A stretch of 36,463 nt of DNA from a virus (taxonomy: Duplodnaviria; Caudoviricetes). How positions within the stretch are numbered: the first letter of the stretch is position 1; each line of letters begins with the position of its first letter. Location: the IMG/VR virus record IMGVR_UViG_3300012347_000602, positions 1-36,463 of that record, one strand, 5' to 3'. Under the pieces are notes generated by a model. The model saw only the letters and a program-made list of their open reading frames with translations. It had not been told where the DNA came from and did no database searches. Below are positions 16,606-25,936 of the stretch, one piece after another. A program made the position numbers and the translations under genes.

Positions 16606-17223
16606 ATGGCCACCACAAAGAAATCTCCGGCAGAGCGGAAGGAGCGCGGCGACTCCAAGCTGCATGTGGACGAGCTTGGCGCGGAGCGCCACGCGGAGCT
16701 GATCCAGGGGCTGGCGGGAGGCTGGACTTACGACCAGGCGCTGGACTGGCTGGATGCCGAGTGCTCGGTGTCCATCTCGCTCTCTGCGCTTACGCCATTC
16801 TATCGGCGGCATGTGGTGCCGCTCTTGCAGGACCGGAAGCGCTTTGCCTTCCTTGGCTCGCAGGCGGTGGAGAAGTTCGCGAAGCAGCAGGGAGTCTTCG
16901 ACGCGGCGACGATCCTGGACTTCAAGGAAAAGGCTCAACGCATGATGCGCGATCCGGACACGGATCCGGAGGAAGCCCGCAAGTGGATGGAGACCTACAT
17001 CAAGACGATGGCGGGCGAGCGGGACGAGCGGAGCCTGAAGCAGAAGGACCGGGTGATCTCACAGAAGGACGAGATCATCGCGCAGAACGAGCGGCGGATC
17101 GCCGTCCTGGAGAAGAAGGCGGCGTTCTACGATGCGGTGAAGGCAAAGGCCAACGAGCCTGGGACGGGCGGCGTGACCGCGGAGCAAATGGAAGACATCG
17201 AGCGGAGGCTCAAGATGATGTGA
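16606..17223 (+). CDS. terminase small subunit (Mu gp27-like)
   Basis: TYDQALDWL...ISLSALTPFYRR HTH plus coiled coil; directly before terL. Confidence 0.7.
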   Translation: MATTKKSPAERKERGDSKLHVDELGAERHAELIQGLAGGWTYDQALDWLDAECSVSISLSALTPFYRRHVVPLLQDRKRFAFLGSQAVEKFAKQQGVFDAATILDFKEKAQRMMRDPDTDPEEARKWMETYIKTMAGERDERSLKQKDRVISQKDEIIAQNERRIAVLEKKAAFYDAVKAKANEPGTGGVTAEQMEDIERRLKMM

Positions 17224-18842
17224 TGGTAAAGCTGCTTCTACCACCGATTGAGATCAATCCACCGCCACGGGATTTCCGGATCCCGTTGCGTGACGTGTCG
17301 CCGAAGCGGCCCGCTCACGCGAAGAATTTCAAGGGCAAGGCGAAGCTGATTCCGGAGCATGATTTATTCATGCTCAAATATCAGAGCGACTGGATCAATG
17401 ACCGGTCCCTGATCCGCCTGATGGAGAAGAGCAGGCGGGTGGGCATCAGCTACGCGACGGCTTATGACGAGGTAAGGCAGCACAGCCTGAAGGGCTGCCG
17501 GATCGACACTTGGTTTTCCTCCCGTGATGACATGACGGCCCAGGAGTTCGTGCGCTACTGCGTGAAGTTCGGGGGCGTGCTCAACATCGCCGCGAGTGCG
17601 GCGTTCGATGAAAAGATCCTCTACGGCGAGGACGGCAAACAAAGTGCGACAGCCTCGGTGATGCGCTTTGCTAACGACACGCGGATCAACTCGATTTCCA
17701 GCAACCCTGACGTGTTCGCAGGCAAGGGCGGGAATGTGGGCCTGGATGAGTTCGCCCTGCGGAATGATCCACGGAAGCTCTACGACGTGGCCAAGCAGAC
17801 CATCGCCTGGGGCGGCCGGGAGTCGATTATTTCCACCCACCGGGGAGCCAACAACTTTTTCAACAAGCTCATCACCGACGAGCGGAGCGACGACAAGCGC
17901 AAGCACCGTGGGATCTCGATCCACCGGGTGACTCTGACCAGGGCGCTGGAAGATGGCTTCTTGTGGAAGCTGCAAACGAAGCTCCCGGAGGATGATCCCC
18001 GAATGGAGATGGACGAGGCGGAGTATTGGAATCACGAGATCAACGGGTTCTCGACCAAGGAGCGGGCGATGCAGGAGCTGGAGTGCCAGCCGGAAGATGA
18101 GGCGGACCGCTATCTGCCCTACGACCTCTTGCAGGGCTCGTTCTATCTGCCTGCGGATGATCTTGTGGCGCACACGGAAGACACCGTGGATTTCCGTGGG
18201 GCCAAGGGGCAGATCCGCTACCTGCTGCCGCGCGGCGTGCAACCATCCGGCATCCGCGATTACCTGGCAGCGAGGAAGCTGGCGGGTGGATCGCTCTATC
18301 ACGGCAAGGACGTGGCGCGGAAGAAGGACTTGAGCGTGGACGTCTTCGGCGAGCGCAAGGATGGAATGATTTTCGTGCGGGCGGTGGTGGAGTTTGACCG
18401 GGTGGCCTTCAGCCGCCAGGAAGGCATCCTCTATCCGATCATGCCTTTGATCGCCCGGAGCTGCGTGGACCAGACGGGCATCGGGATGCAGTTCGCGGAG
18501 CGGGCCGGAGAGAAGTTCGGCGCGTGGCGGGTGGAGGGCATCAACTTCACGGTGGGTTCCAAGGCAATGCTCGCCGGGCCGTTGCGCACGGCGTTCGAGG
18601 ACCGTGTCCTGCGCATCCCGGAGGATGACAAGTTTCTGACGGACCTGCGGATGATCCGCAAGGAGACGGTGGGAGATCACGACCGCTTCGTGGCGAGCGA
18701 GGATGAGGAGGGTGACTCCCACGCGGACCGGTTCTGGGGGCTGGCTTTGATGCTCCATGCCGGGAAGGCACCCGGCCGCACTTACTTCCCACCACGCCCC
18801 GGCGGACGCCGGACGCGCAACCATGAAAGGACGGCTCAATGA
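17223..18842 (+). CDS. terL: terminase large subunit (Mu gp28-like)
   Basis: YQSDW, EKSRRVGIS, GLDEFA, GKDVARKKDLS, DQTGIG, HADRFW. Confidence 0.93.
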   Translation: MVKLLLPPIEINPPPRDFRIPLRDVSPKRPAHAKNFKGKAKLIPEHDLFMLKYQSDWINDRSLIRLMEKSRRVGISYATAYDEVRQHSLKGCRIDTWFSSRDDMTAQEFVRYCVKFGGVLNIAASAAFDEKILYGEDGKQSATASVMRFANDTRINSISSNPDVFAGKGGNVGLDEFALRNDPRKLYDVAKQTIAWGGRESIISTHRGANNFFNKLITDERSDDKRKHRGISIHRVTLTRALEDGFLWKLQTKLPEDDPRMEMDEAEYWNHEINGFSTKERAMQELECQPEDEADRYLPYDLLQGSFYLPADDLVAHTEDTVDFRGAKGQIRYLLPRGVQPSGIRDYLAARKLAGGSLYHGKDVARKKDLSVDVFGERKDGMIFVRAVVEFDRVAFSRQEGILYPIMPLIARSCVDQTGIGMQFAERAGEKFGAWRVEGINFTVGSKAMLAGPLRTAFEDRVLRIPEDDKFLTDLRMIRKETVGDHDRFVASEDEEGDSHADRFWGLALMLHAGKAPGRTYFPPRPGGRRTRNHERTAQ

Positions 18843-18981
18843 CCCGGAATCAAAAATGGCCTCTAAAATCGATTTCTAGGGGGGTGGGCATCGATATGGC
18901 ACCATTACGCACCCAAAATCTTTGCAACGCCTCACGGCGATTTGCAACGGGGTTCTGGCGAAGTGGGGAAGGAGGGGCGGC

Positions 18982-21051
18982 GTGAATTCCGCTTCCACCG
19001 GCAAAAAGCCATCCAGGGCCGGATTTCTGTCCCGGATGGGCCAGATCATGAACCGGGCGGCGGGTCACATCTCGATGCGTCTCCACGTGGCGATGGCGAA
19101 CACCTGGCGGGACGGTTACAACCCGCTGCGGTCGCTGACGATCATGCGGGCCGTGCATTTGCTGGAAGACGGCGAGCGCGGAGCCTATGCGGACCTGCAG
19201 TGGACTTACCGGTTCATCGAAATGCAGGACGCCACACTCGGTGCCCTGGTCGAGCGGCGGACCTCCGCGATCCAGGAGCTGGACTGGGACATCAAGACTC
19301 GTTCCGAGATCCCGGCCGGGAAGGAAGCCGTGGCGAAGCGCCAGGCGGAGGCACTGACGGCCGCTTATCAGAAGATCGGCAATCTATCCGCCGCGTTCGA
19401 GGCGATGGCGATGGCGAGCTTCCGGGGATTCGCCCGGCTGGAGAAGGTGACGGATGAAAACGGCGACATCGTGGAGCTGGCACCAGTGGACCAGTGGTTC
19501 TGGGTGCGACGCGGGCTTTATGGTCCGTGGAAGCTGAACCGGAAATCCCAACTCGGCACGGTGGACGGCGAGGATGTGCCCGAACCGCGATTCCTGTCCC
19601 GCGAGGTATCCCGCCCTATCAACCGCGTGGCACTCATCGCCTTTGTTCGGAAGGCTCTCTCACAAAAAGACTGGGACGGCTTCATCGAGACCTACGGCAT
19701 CCCCGCCGTGTTCATCGTGATGCCGGAAGACGTGCCCGAAGAGAAATCCGACGAGTACCTCGAAATGGCCGACCAGGTGACCGGCGACGCACGGGGTGTG
19801 TTACCCGGCGGCAGCGAGGTCAAGACGGTGGACAACGGAGCGCGGGGGAACAACCCGTTCAAGGATCACATCGCGTATCAGGACGAGCAGGTCGTGCTGC
19901 GTGGCACCGGCGGCAAGCTGACGATGCTGGCGGAGAGCGGCAGCGGAACGCTGGGTGGCTCCGTGCACGCCGAGACCTTCCAGGCAATCGCCCGCGCCGA
20001 GGCTGCGGAGATTTCCGAGATCTTCCGCAAATGCATCGACGCGGAGATCATCGAGCGGGTGACACCAGGCGAGGATGCCTATGCCTACTTCGAACTCGCG
20101 GCGAATGAGGAGATGGACCCGGCGCAAGTCGTGAAGGACCTCGTTTCGCTGGAGGCTGTCGATCTTCAGGCGGATGAGAAGTGGATCGAGGAGAAGACCG
20201 GGTATCCGGTGAAGCGGAAGGCAACGTCGAACATCGAACATCCAACATCGAACATCGAAGGGAAGATTTTGAATCGCGAAGATGCGAAGGGAGAGAAGTG
20301 GGTGAGCTTCGCTCGGGAAACCGGGACGCTGGGGATTCCCCGGGAAATCATGCCGCAGATCAACCAGGGCAACCGGGCGGCGGTGGTGAATTTCTTCAAG
20401 GCGCGTGGCATCGGCTACAGCCGGATCCTGCGTGCGCCGTCCGACCTCAAGCCGAGCCAGGCGGAATACTGCCCGGCCAAGGTGGAGGCAGCCATCGAGC
20501 GGAATGACTCGAACCGGGCCTTACTGGTCTCCGCCGACAACTATGTGATCGACGGGCATCACCAATATCTCGCGAAGCTGCAAACCTATCCAAACCGGCC
20601 GATTGAAGTGTTCGTGCTCAAAGCACCGGCGATGCAGGTGATCGGGATGTTGCTGGCCATGCCGTCCACCACGACGGCGGACATGCCGATCCGTAACAGC
20701 CTGAGAGAGGATCTGGACGATGGCGGCGGCGATGATTTCGACGAGCTGTTTCAGACGACTCTGGCAGAAGCGCTGGGCGTGCGGTCGGAAGTGCTTGCGC
20801 CGATCTCCGATCTGATCGGCGGATTGCAGGGCGGCGGCATGGACGATGCAACGTGGCTGCAATTCGTCACGGACGCTGCCGAGGCGATACCCGAACTGTT
20901 CGATCCGGCCGATGCCGAGGCGCTGGCCACAGATCTGGAGGCCGCGATGGGAACGGCCGTGTTGATCGGGACGCGGGACCAGCTGAGGGAAGAGAATTTG
21001 AACCGCAAAGGCGCAAAGGACGCGAAGGAACGCAAAGAAGAAACCAACTGA
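18982..21051 (+). CDS. portal protein (Mu gp29/DUF935-like) with an inserted ParB/Srx-like domain
   Basis: DWDGFIETYGIP, GSGTLGGSVHAETF; insert with LKPSQ...LLVSADNYVIDGHH; GTG start after GGAGG chosen, ATG 19036 or 19048 also possible. Confidence 0.85.
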   Translation: MNSASTGKKPSRAGFLSRMGQIMNRAAGHISMRLHVAMANTWRDGYNPLRSLTIMRAVHLLEDGERGAYADLQWTYRFIEMQDATLGALVERRTSAIQELDWDIKTRSEIPAGKEAVAKRQAEALTAAYQKIGNLSAAFEAMAMASFRGFARLEKVTDENGDIVELAPVDQWFWVRRGLYGPWKLNRKSQLGTVDGEDVPEPRFLSREVSRPINRVALIAFVRKALSQKDWDGFIETYGIPAVFIVMPEDVPEEKSDEYLEMADQVTGDARGVLPGGSEVKTVDNGARGNNPFKDHIAYQDEQVVLRGTGGKLTMLAESGSGTLGGSVHAETFQAIARAEAAEISEIFRKCIDAEIIERVTPGEDAYAYFELAANEEMDPAQVVKDLVSLEAVDLQADEKWIEEKTGYPVKRKATSNIEHPTSNIEGKILNREDAKGEKWVSFARETGTLGIPREIMPQINQGNRAAVVNFFKARGIGYSRILRAPSDLKPSQAEYCPAKVEAAIERNDSNRALLVSADNYVIDGHHQYLAKLQTYPNRPIEVFVLKAPAMQVIGMLLAMPSTTTADMPIRNSLREDLDDGGGDDFDELFQTTLAEALGVRSEVLAPISDLIGGLQGGGMDDATWLQFVTDAAEAIPELFDPADAEALATDLEAAMGTAVLIGTRDQLREENLNRKGAKDAKERKEETN

Positions 21052-21054
21052 TTT

Positions 21055-22011
21055 ATGAGAGCGAAGATTTTGAACCGTTTTGGAGCCATTCCGCCAGACC
21101 ACTGGTATCACATCGAAGTGGCGGGCACTCATCCGGCCGGGCCGGGCCGCAAGCAGTTGATCGACGACAAGGCGTTCCAGGCCATCCTCAACCGGTTCAA
21201 CACCGAAAAGGAGGAAGCTGGCGAGAATTGGGGCGGGATGCTGGTAGATCTGGATCACCGGTCGCACGATCTCGAACAAACCACCGAGGCTCACGCCTGG
21301 CTTCAAGAACTCGACGTCCGCCAGGGGCAACTCTGGGGACGGCTGGACCTCACCGATCTGGGAGAACACGCGATCCGCAACAAGCGGGTGAAGTGGTTCT
21401 CCACCGAATACGATCCCCAGGATCTCGAAACCGTGGAGGCGGGCATCGTCCGCCCGCTGCGCCTGTCCGGCCTCGCCTTCACCAACCGCCCGAACAACCG
21501 GGGCGGCAAACCAATCTCCAACCGCGACGGCACTCTGCCGGGCGGCGAGCAAACCGAAACCAAACCAACCATGCAACCTATTGCACTCAAGCTGGGACTG
21601 CCCGCCGACGCCGACGAAGCAGCCATCCTCAAGAAACTCGCGGACATCATGTCCGAGCTGGAAACCCTCAAGGGCAAGGAAGCCGGTGTCGAAGCCGACG
21701 CCATCATGAACCGCTACGGCGACCGCATCCCCAAAGAGAAGCGGGACGACGTGCGGAAACGCCTGATCGCGAACCGCGAGGACACCGTGGCCATGCTCGA
21801 CCTGCTGCCCGAGCCCGCCAAGAAGACGGAAGAGCGGATCTTCAACCGCGAAACCGCCAAACAGCCTGACACCGTCTCCGATGGTGATGACGACAAGGCC
21901 GGTGACACCAAGAAGGCCGCCGCCATCCGCAACCGGGCAAACACCATCGCCCGCGAGCAGAATATCCCCTTCAACCGCGCCTTCGGCCTCGCACAAGCGG
22001 AGCTGAGCTAA
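21055..22011 (+). CDS. Mu I-like prohead protease/scaffold
   Basis: LVDLDH, AHAW, WFSTEY, GLAFTNRP followed by a helical scaffold region. Confidence 0.88.
   Translation: MRAKILNRFGAIPPDHWYHIEVAGTHPAGPGRKQLIDDKAFQAILNRFNTEKEEAGENWGGMLVDLDHRSHDLEQTTEAHAWLQELDVRQGQLWGRLDLTDLGEHAIRNKRVKWFSTEYDPQDLETVEAGIVRPLRLSGLAFTNRPNNRGGKPISNRDGTLPGGEQTETKPTMQPIALKLGLPADADEAAILKKLADIMSELETLKGKEAGVEADAIMNRYGDRIPKEKRDDVRKRLIANREDTVAMLDLLPEPAKKTEERIFNRETAKQPDTVSDGDDDKAGDTKKAAAIRNRANTIAREQNIPFNRAFGLAQAELS
21571..22011 (+). CDS. nested in-frame scaffold protein (Mu Z-like)
   Basis: Internal ATG preceded by aaaccgaaaccaaaccaacc, the same AC-rich leader style as the capsid and tail genes; MQPIALKLGLP. Confidence 0.6.
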   Translation: MQPIALKLGLPADADEAAILKKLADIMSELETLKGKEAGVEADAIMNRYGDRIPKEKRDDVRKRLIANREDTVAMLDLLPEPAKKTEERIFNRETAKQPDTVSDGDDDKAGDTKKAAAIRNRANTIAREQNIPFNRAFGLAQAELS

Positions 22012-22073
22012 CGGAACGCCGAACGTCCAACGCTGAACACTGAACATCGAAACCAAATAGAACACACATCATC

Positions 22074-22526
22074 ATGAGCCTAGCATCCATGTTGGCGATC
22101 TTCGCCACCCAAACGAACATCCAGGAAGGCCCCTTCAAGGTCCTCGCTGGCGAGAACCTCACCGGCATGGAAGGCCGGGTGGTCAAACTCACCCACGACA
22201 CCGGCGTGCCGGAAGTCATCCTTCCGAACGACGTGGCCGACGAGGCTGAATACCTCCTGCTCGAAGGCGGGGCGGACGGCGAGGAAGTGACCGTCGTCGC
22301 AATCGGCCGGGACTGCACCGTGCGACTGCGCTTGAACGGCACCTGCAACCCGGGCGCAAAGCTCACCCTCGCGCCGATCAACGGCGCGGACGACGGCAAG
22401 GTGTGCACCGTCCCCGTGACGGCGGACACCTACTGGGTGGCCTTCCGTGCGGAGGAGAAGGGCGTGGACGAACAACTCGTCAAATGCCGCCTGCTGCCGA
22501 ATCCCGGTGCCCTCGTCGTAGCCTGA
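22074..22526 (+). CDS. capsid decoration/cement-like protein
   Basis: 150 aa, beta-rich, between scaffold and capsid genes. Confidence 0.6.
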   Translation: MSLASMLAIFATQTNIQEGPFKVLAGENLTGMEGRVVKLTHDTGVPEVILPNDVADEAEYLLLEGGADGEEVTVVAIGRDCTVRLRLNGTCNPGAKLTLAPINGADDGKVCTVPVTADTYWVAFRAEEKGVDEQLVKCRLLPNPGALVVA

Positions 22527-22568
22527 TCCATCACCACGACTCCCAACCGAAACCAACAAACCAACATC

Positions 22569-23495
22569 ATGAGCAAACTTGCTTCCGTATCCGCCGACCC
22601 GATTCTGGTCGAGTATTCCCAAGGCGCGGCCCAGACCGCGACCTCCAGTGTGGCCGATTTCCTCGCGCCGACCGTGCCAGTGGCCTCGTCCGTGGGCCGC
22701 TACAAGCTATACACCGCGAAGAGCCGCTTCCGTATCCCGGACACCCGCCGCGCGGTGGGCGGCCGTGCGACGCAGATCGGTTTCTCCGCCGAGGACAAAA
22801 ACTACAACTGCGCTCCGCACGCGCTCGACTTCCCGGTGGACATCCTGGAACAAGCCGAGGCACCGGAACTGATGAACATCCTCCAGGAGGGTGCCGACAT
22901 CTGTTCCCAAGTGGGGGCGTTGGCTCACGAGAAATCCGTGGTCACCACCGCGCTGACCGCACTCGGTGCCGGGACCGCACTGTCCATCGGCGCGAACGAT
23001 GACATCGTCGCGCAGATCGACACGAACATCCTCTCCGTCATCAAGGCGGCGAAGATGGGCGGTTTCATGAACGTGGGTGTCGTCTTCGGTGCCGGTGCCT
23101 GGCGCGTCGCCAAGAACCACGCATCCGTGCGCGGCCGCCTGCTGGCCAACGGCAAGAAGGATCTGGCGAACGTGAACCTGGAAGACTTCGGCAGCATGCT
23201 CATCAGCAAGTGCGAATCCCGCGTCTCGCTGATGTGCTATGACGACGCGCCGGAAGGCCTCGACGAGGACATCGAGTTCGTGCTGGACGGAGACATCATC
23301 GTCTTCGCCCGGGTGGCACAGCCAACCCGCTTCGACCCCTCGTTCATGAAGACCTTCCGTCTCCGGAACCAGTGGATGAAGCCCGGCACATACACCCGTG
23401 ACGACGGTCGTGCCGAGGTTGCGAAGTTCGACTGGTCGGAAGACGTCCAGGTCACCAACGCGGCCGCCGGTGTGCGCCGGACAGTAGCCCTGTAA
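22569..23495 (+). CDS. major capsid protein
   Basis: 308 aa; DPIL..YSQG, ADFLAPTVPV; synteny. Confidence 0.85.
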   Translation: MSKLASVSADPILVEYSQGAAQTATSSVADFLAPTVPVASSVGRYKLYTAKSRFRIPDTRRAVGGRATQIGFSAEDKNYNCAPHALDFPVDILEQAEAPELMNILQEGADICSQVGALAHEKSVVTTALTALGAGTALSIGANDDIVAQIDTNILSVIKAAKMGGFMNVGVVFGAGAWRVAKNHASVRGRLLANGKKDLANVNLEDFGSMLISKCESRVSLMCYDDAPEGLDEDIEFVLDGDIIVFARVAQPTRFDPSFMKTFRLRNQWMKPGTYTRDDGRAEVAKFDWSEDVQVTNAAAGVRRTVAL

Positions 23496-23504
23496 GCCCC
23501 AGGG

Positions 23505-23594
23505 AACATCGAACATCGAACGCCCAACATTGAACGCTGAAGTGAAGAGTCTTCGTTCGATGTTCAATGTTGGAAGTTCGGCGTTCGATATTCC
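23505..23594. repeat. inverted pair of type A elements forming a long hairpin after the capsid gene
   Basis: aacatcgaacatcgaacgcccaacattgaacg ... cgttcgatgttcaatgttggaagttcggcgttcgatattcc. Confidence 0.85.
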
Positions 23595-23609
23595 TCCCCA
23601 CCTCCTATC

Positions 23610-24086
23610 ATGTCCACACTCCAACCATGGGTCGCGCTGAGCGCCGTCAACCTGCTGTCCTCGATGACTCATAAAGAGCGTGAGGATCTAGGCAAGGTGT
23701 CGGTGGGCGTGGATGTGACGGACCGGGTGATTCCGATCCTGGCTGACCTGGTCAACGAGATCCGCGGTTACATCGGCTCACACTCGCGGAACACGCTCAG
23801 TGCGGATCCGCTGCTGATCCCTTCCGAGTTCGTGGCCAAGGCCATGGCTATCGCCCGCTATCGGGTGATCGCCACCATTCCCGGCAGCTACAAAGCCGAG
23901 GGGCCGCGCAAGGATGAGTATGACAAAGCGGACGCGTTTTTCGTCTCCGTCGCCAAAGGAACCATCCGCCCGCGTCCCGCTCCGGACGCGGAGGCGAACC
24001 CGGTGCCGGAGGGCAAGGCGCATCCATCCCCGAAGATCAACGCCCGGAAGCGCCGCTTCGGCCGCGACCAGCAGGAGGGGATCTGA
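23610..24086 (+). CDS. head-tail adaptor (Mu gp36/DUF1320-like)
   Basis: EIRGYIG...IARYR...EYDKA..FF..VAKG. Confidence 0.75.
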   Translation: MSTLQPWVALSAVNLLSSMTHKEREDLGKVSVGVDVTDRVIPILADLVNEIRGYIGSHSRNTLSADPLLIPSEFVAKAMAIARYRVIATIPGSYKAEGPRKDEYDKADAFFVSVAKGTIRPRPAPDAEANPVPEGKAHPSPKINARKRRFGRDQQEGI

Positions 24087-24134
24087 ACGTCGAACGTCCA
24101 ACATCCAACATCGAACATCGAAGGAAGAGAAGTC

Positions 24135-24464
24135 ATGAACCCGGAGAACCAACCTGCGCCCGAACCCCATCTGACCGAACACGGTCGGAAGCGGGGGAAG
24201 GAGCGTGCGGGGCTGGCACCGGGGGCGCTGAAGCGGGCGGCTTGCAAGGCGCTTGCGGAGGGCTTGAAACCGCGTGACACGGGCGGAAGCCTGCGCCGCT
24301 ACCTGGACAAGATTTCAATCGAGCATCCGGGCAAGCATCCCCGGGTCCATGCCGACCACATCTTCATCTTCGCGGACAGAGATCTAATCACCGTGCTGCA
24401 CCTGCCGCATGAATACCGGAAGTCCGCCGCGTCCGCGCGGAAGAAAAAGGGAGGTGAGGCGTGA
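24135..24464 (+). CDS. small basic protein with a THxxxRxxER motif (BECR/RelE-like fold possible)
   Basis: LTEHGRKRGKERAG...HIFIFADRDLITVL. Confidence 0.6.
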   Translation: MNPENQPAPEPHLTEHGRKRGKERAGLAPGALKRAACKALAEGLKPRDTGGSLRRYLDKISIEHPGKHPRVHADHIFIFADRDLITVLHLPHEYRKSAASARKKKGGEA

Positions 24465-25936
24465 TTGATTTCACGACAGCCCGGCCACTCAAGGAAGCGG
24501 TGGACAGCCTCTCCCGGCGGACGCCGATGGGCACGGCGCTGAACTCGGCCGAGCTGGAACGCCTGCCGCTGGAAATCCGCGACGCTGCGTTCTTCTCCGC
24601 CCAGGTGCAAAACGAGCGGATCCTGGCAGAAGCTCAGAAGCGGATCACGCAGCGCGTCATGCTTGAGCGGTCGAAGCTGGCGGACGGGAAACCCGGCGTG
24701 ACGATGGATCGCTCTCGGTTCATCAAGGAAATGCGAGCCGAGTTGGAAAAGCTCGGCTATCGTCCGGATCCCAAAAAAGAGGGATCGCTTCAGGACCTAT
24801 CAAGCTCCGGTAGGCTCGGGCTAATCTGGGACATGAACCTCGCGCAAGCCGAGGGCGCAGCCGGGTGGAAAACCAGCATGTCCGAGACGGCGCTACGGGT
24901 GGAACCGGCGATGGAATTCATCCGCGTGGAAAACCGCATCGACCGCCGGATCTGGCCGACCGTGTGGGCCGCCAATGGTGGCAAGTTTTACCCTGGGCCG
25001 TCCGAGTATCCGGAAGGCCGGATGATCGCTCTCAAGACTTCCGACATCTGGCGGCGGATCAACCGCTTCGGCGTGCCGTGGCGTCCCTTCGACTGGGGCA
25101 GCGGCTACGGCACACGCGGCGTCGGCCGCCGTGAAGCGCTCAAGCTCGGGGTGATCAAGGAAGGTGACCCGCCGCAGAAGCCGGAGACCCTTCCGCTAAC
25201 AACGGGCTTGCAGGCCAGCGTCAAAGGTCTGCCGGAAGCCAGCCGCGAGCGTCTCCGCAGCGAGATGGGCGACTCAATCCGGTTTGACAAGGACGCTATT
25301 TTCTACCAACGTGACACCACTCCCGCCAATGAGCACCGAGACCAAACCATCCCCAACGAACTCCGTGCGCGTGCTCGATCCTACTTCGAGCGAGGCCAAG
25401 AAGCTCTCGGCGCAATTCGATCAAACAACGATGGAGCCGAAGCGTTTTTCGGAAGTCCGGAAGCGGATGAATTCCGGCAAGTCTTCCTCGCCCAGCTCGC
25501 AGCGGTAGGCACCGGCCGCAAGCAGCTCTTCCACGACAGTTTCCCGCCTGACGCGGCTAAGGCGCTGATGGAGATGGTGGCGGCGGTGATGCCGCAAGTG
25601 GAGACCGAGTTCGACGAAGGTCACCTCATTGCCTGGCGTCCCGACCTGCAGGAGCTGGCACCGAGCGAGCTGCTGAGACTTTCCAAAGAAGAGCCCATCG
25701 CGAAAAACGGGATACTCCTTGGCTACGGCCTTGAATCGCGCCAGACCTCCGCCGCCTTCGACCAGGTCTATCTGCAAGGCCCGGACGGGCGGAACTGGAG
25801 CGGATTCCACGCAGCGCCTCGCACGTCGCGGATCTACGCGGCCGCGAGGTTGAGAGACCTGGTGGATGCAATCGGCGATGGTTTCGAGGCGGTGATCCTG
25901 AACATGCGAGCGCTGACACAAGGAGGTGCGCCATGA
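24461..25936 (+). CDS. MuF/gp30-like head morphogenesis protein with a C-terminal extension
   Basis: AFFSA, RLGLIWDMN, PWRPFDWGSG; about 210 extra C-terminal residues. Confidence 0.75.
   Translation: MIDFTTARPLKEAVDSLSRRTPMGTALNSAELERLPLEIRDAAFFSAQVQNERILAEAQKRITQRVMLERSKLADGKPGVTMDRSRFIKEMRAELEKLGYRPDPKKEGSLQDLSSSGRLGLIWDMNLAQAEGAAGWKTSMSETALRVEPAMEFIRVENRIDRRIWPTVWAANGGKFYPGPSEYPEGRMIALKTSDIWRRINRFGVPWRPFDWGSGYGTRGVGRREALKLGVIKEGDPPQKPETLPLTTGLQASVKGLPEASRERLRSEMGDSIRFDKDAIFYQRDTTPANEHRDQTIPNELRARARSYFERGQEALGAIRSNNDGAEAFFGSPEADEFRQVFLAQLAAVGTGRKQLFHDSFPPDAAKALMEMVAAVMPQVETEFDEGHLIAWRPDLQELAPSELLRLSKEEPIAKNGILLGYGLESRQTSAAFDQVYLQGPDGRNWSGFHAAPRTSRIYAAARLRDLVDAIGDGFEAVILNMRALTQGGAP

Noticed and set aside
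16422-17222. 806-aa terminase with a long N-terminal extension
   Set aside because: The extension is an alternate frame over the gp26- and gp27-like genes; the ATG at 17223 overlaps the upstream stop
17364-23672. Long antisense ORFs (17364-18839, 20521-22065, 22707-23672 and similar elsewhere)
   Set aside because: Shadow frames of GC-rich genes with no motifs
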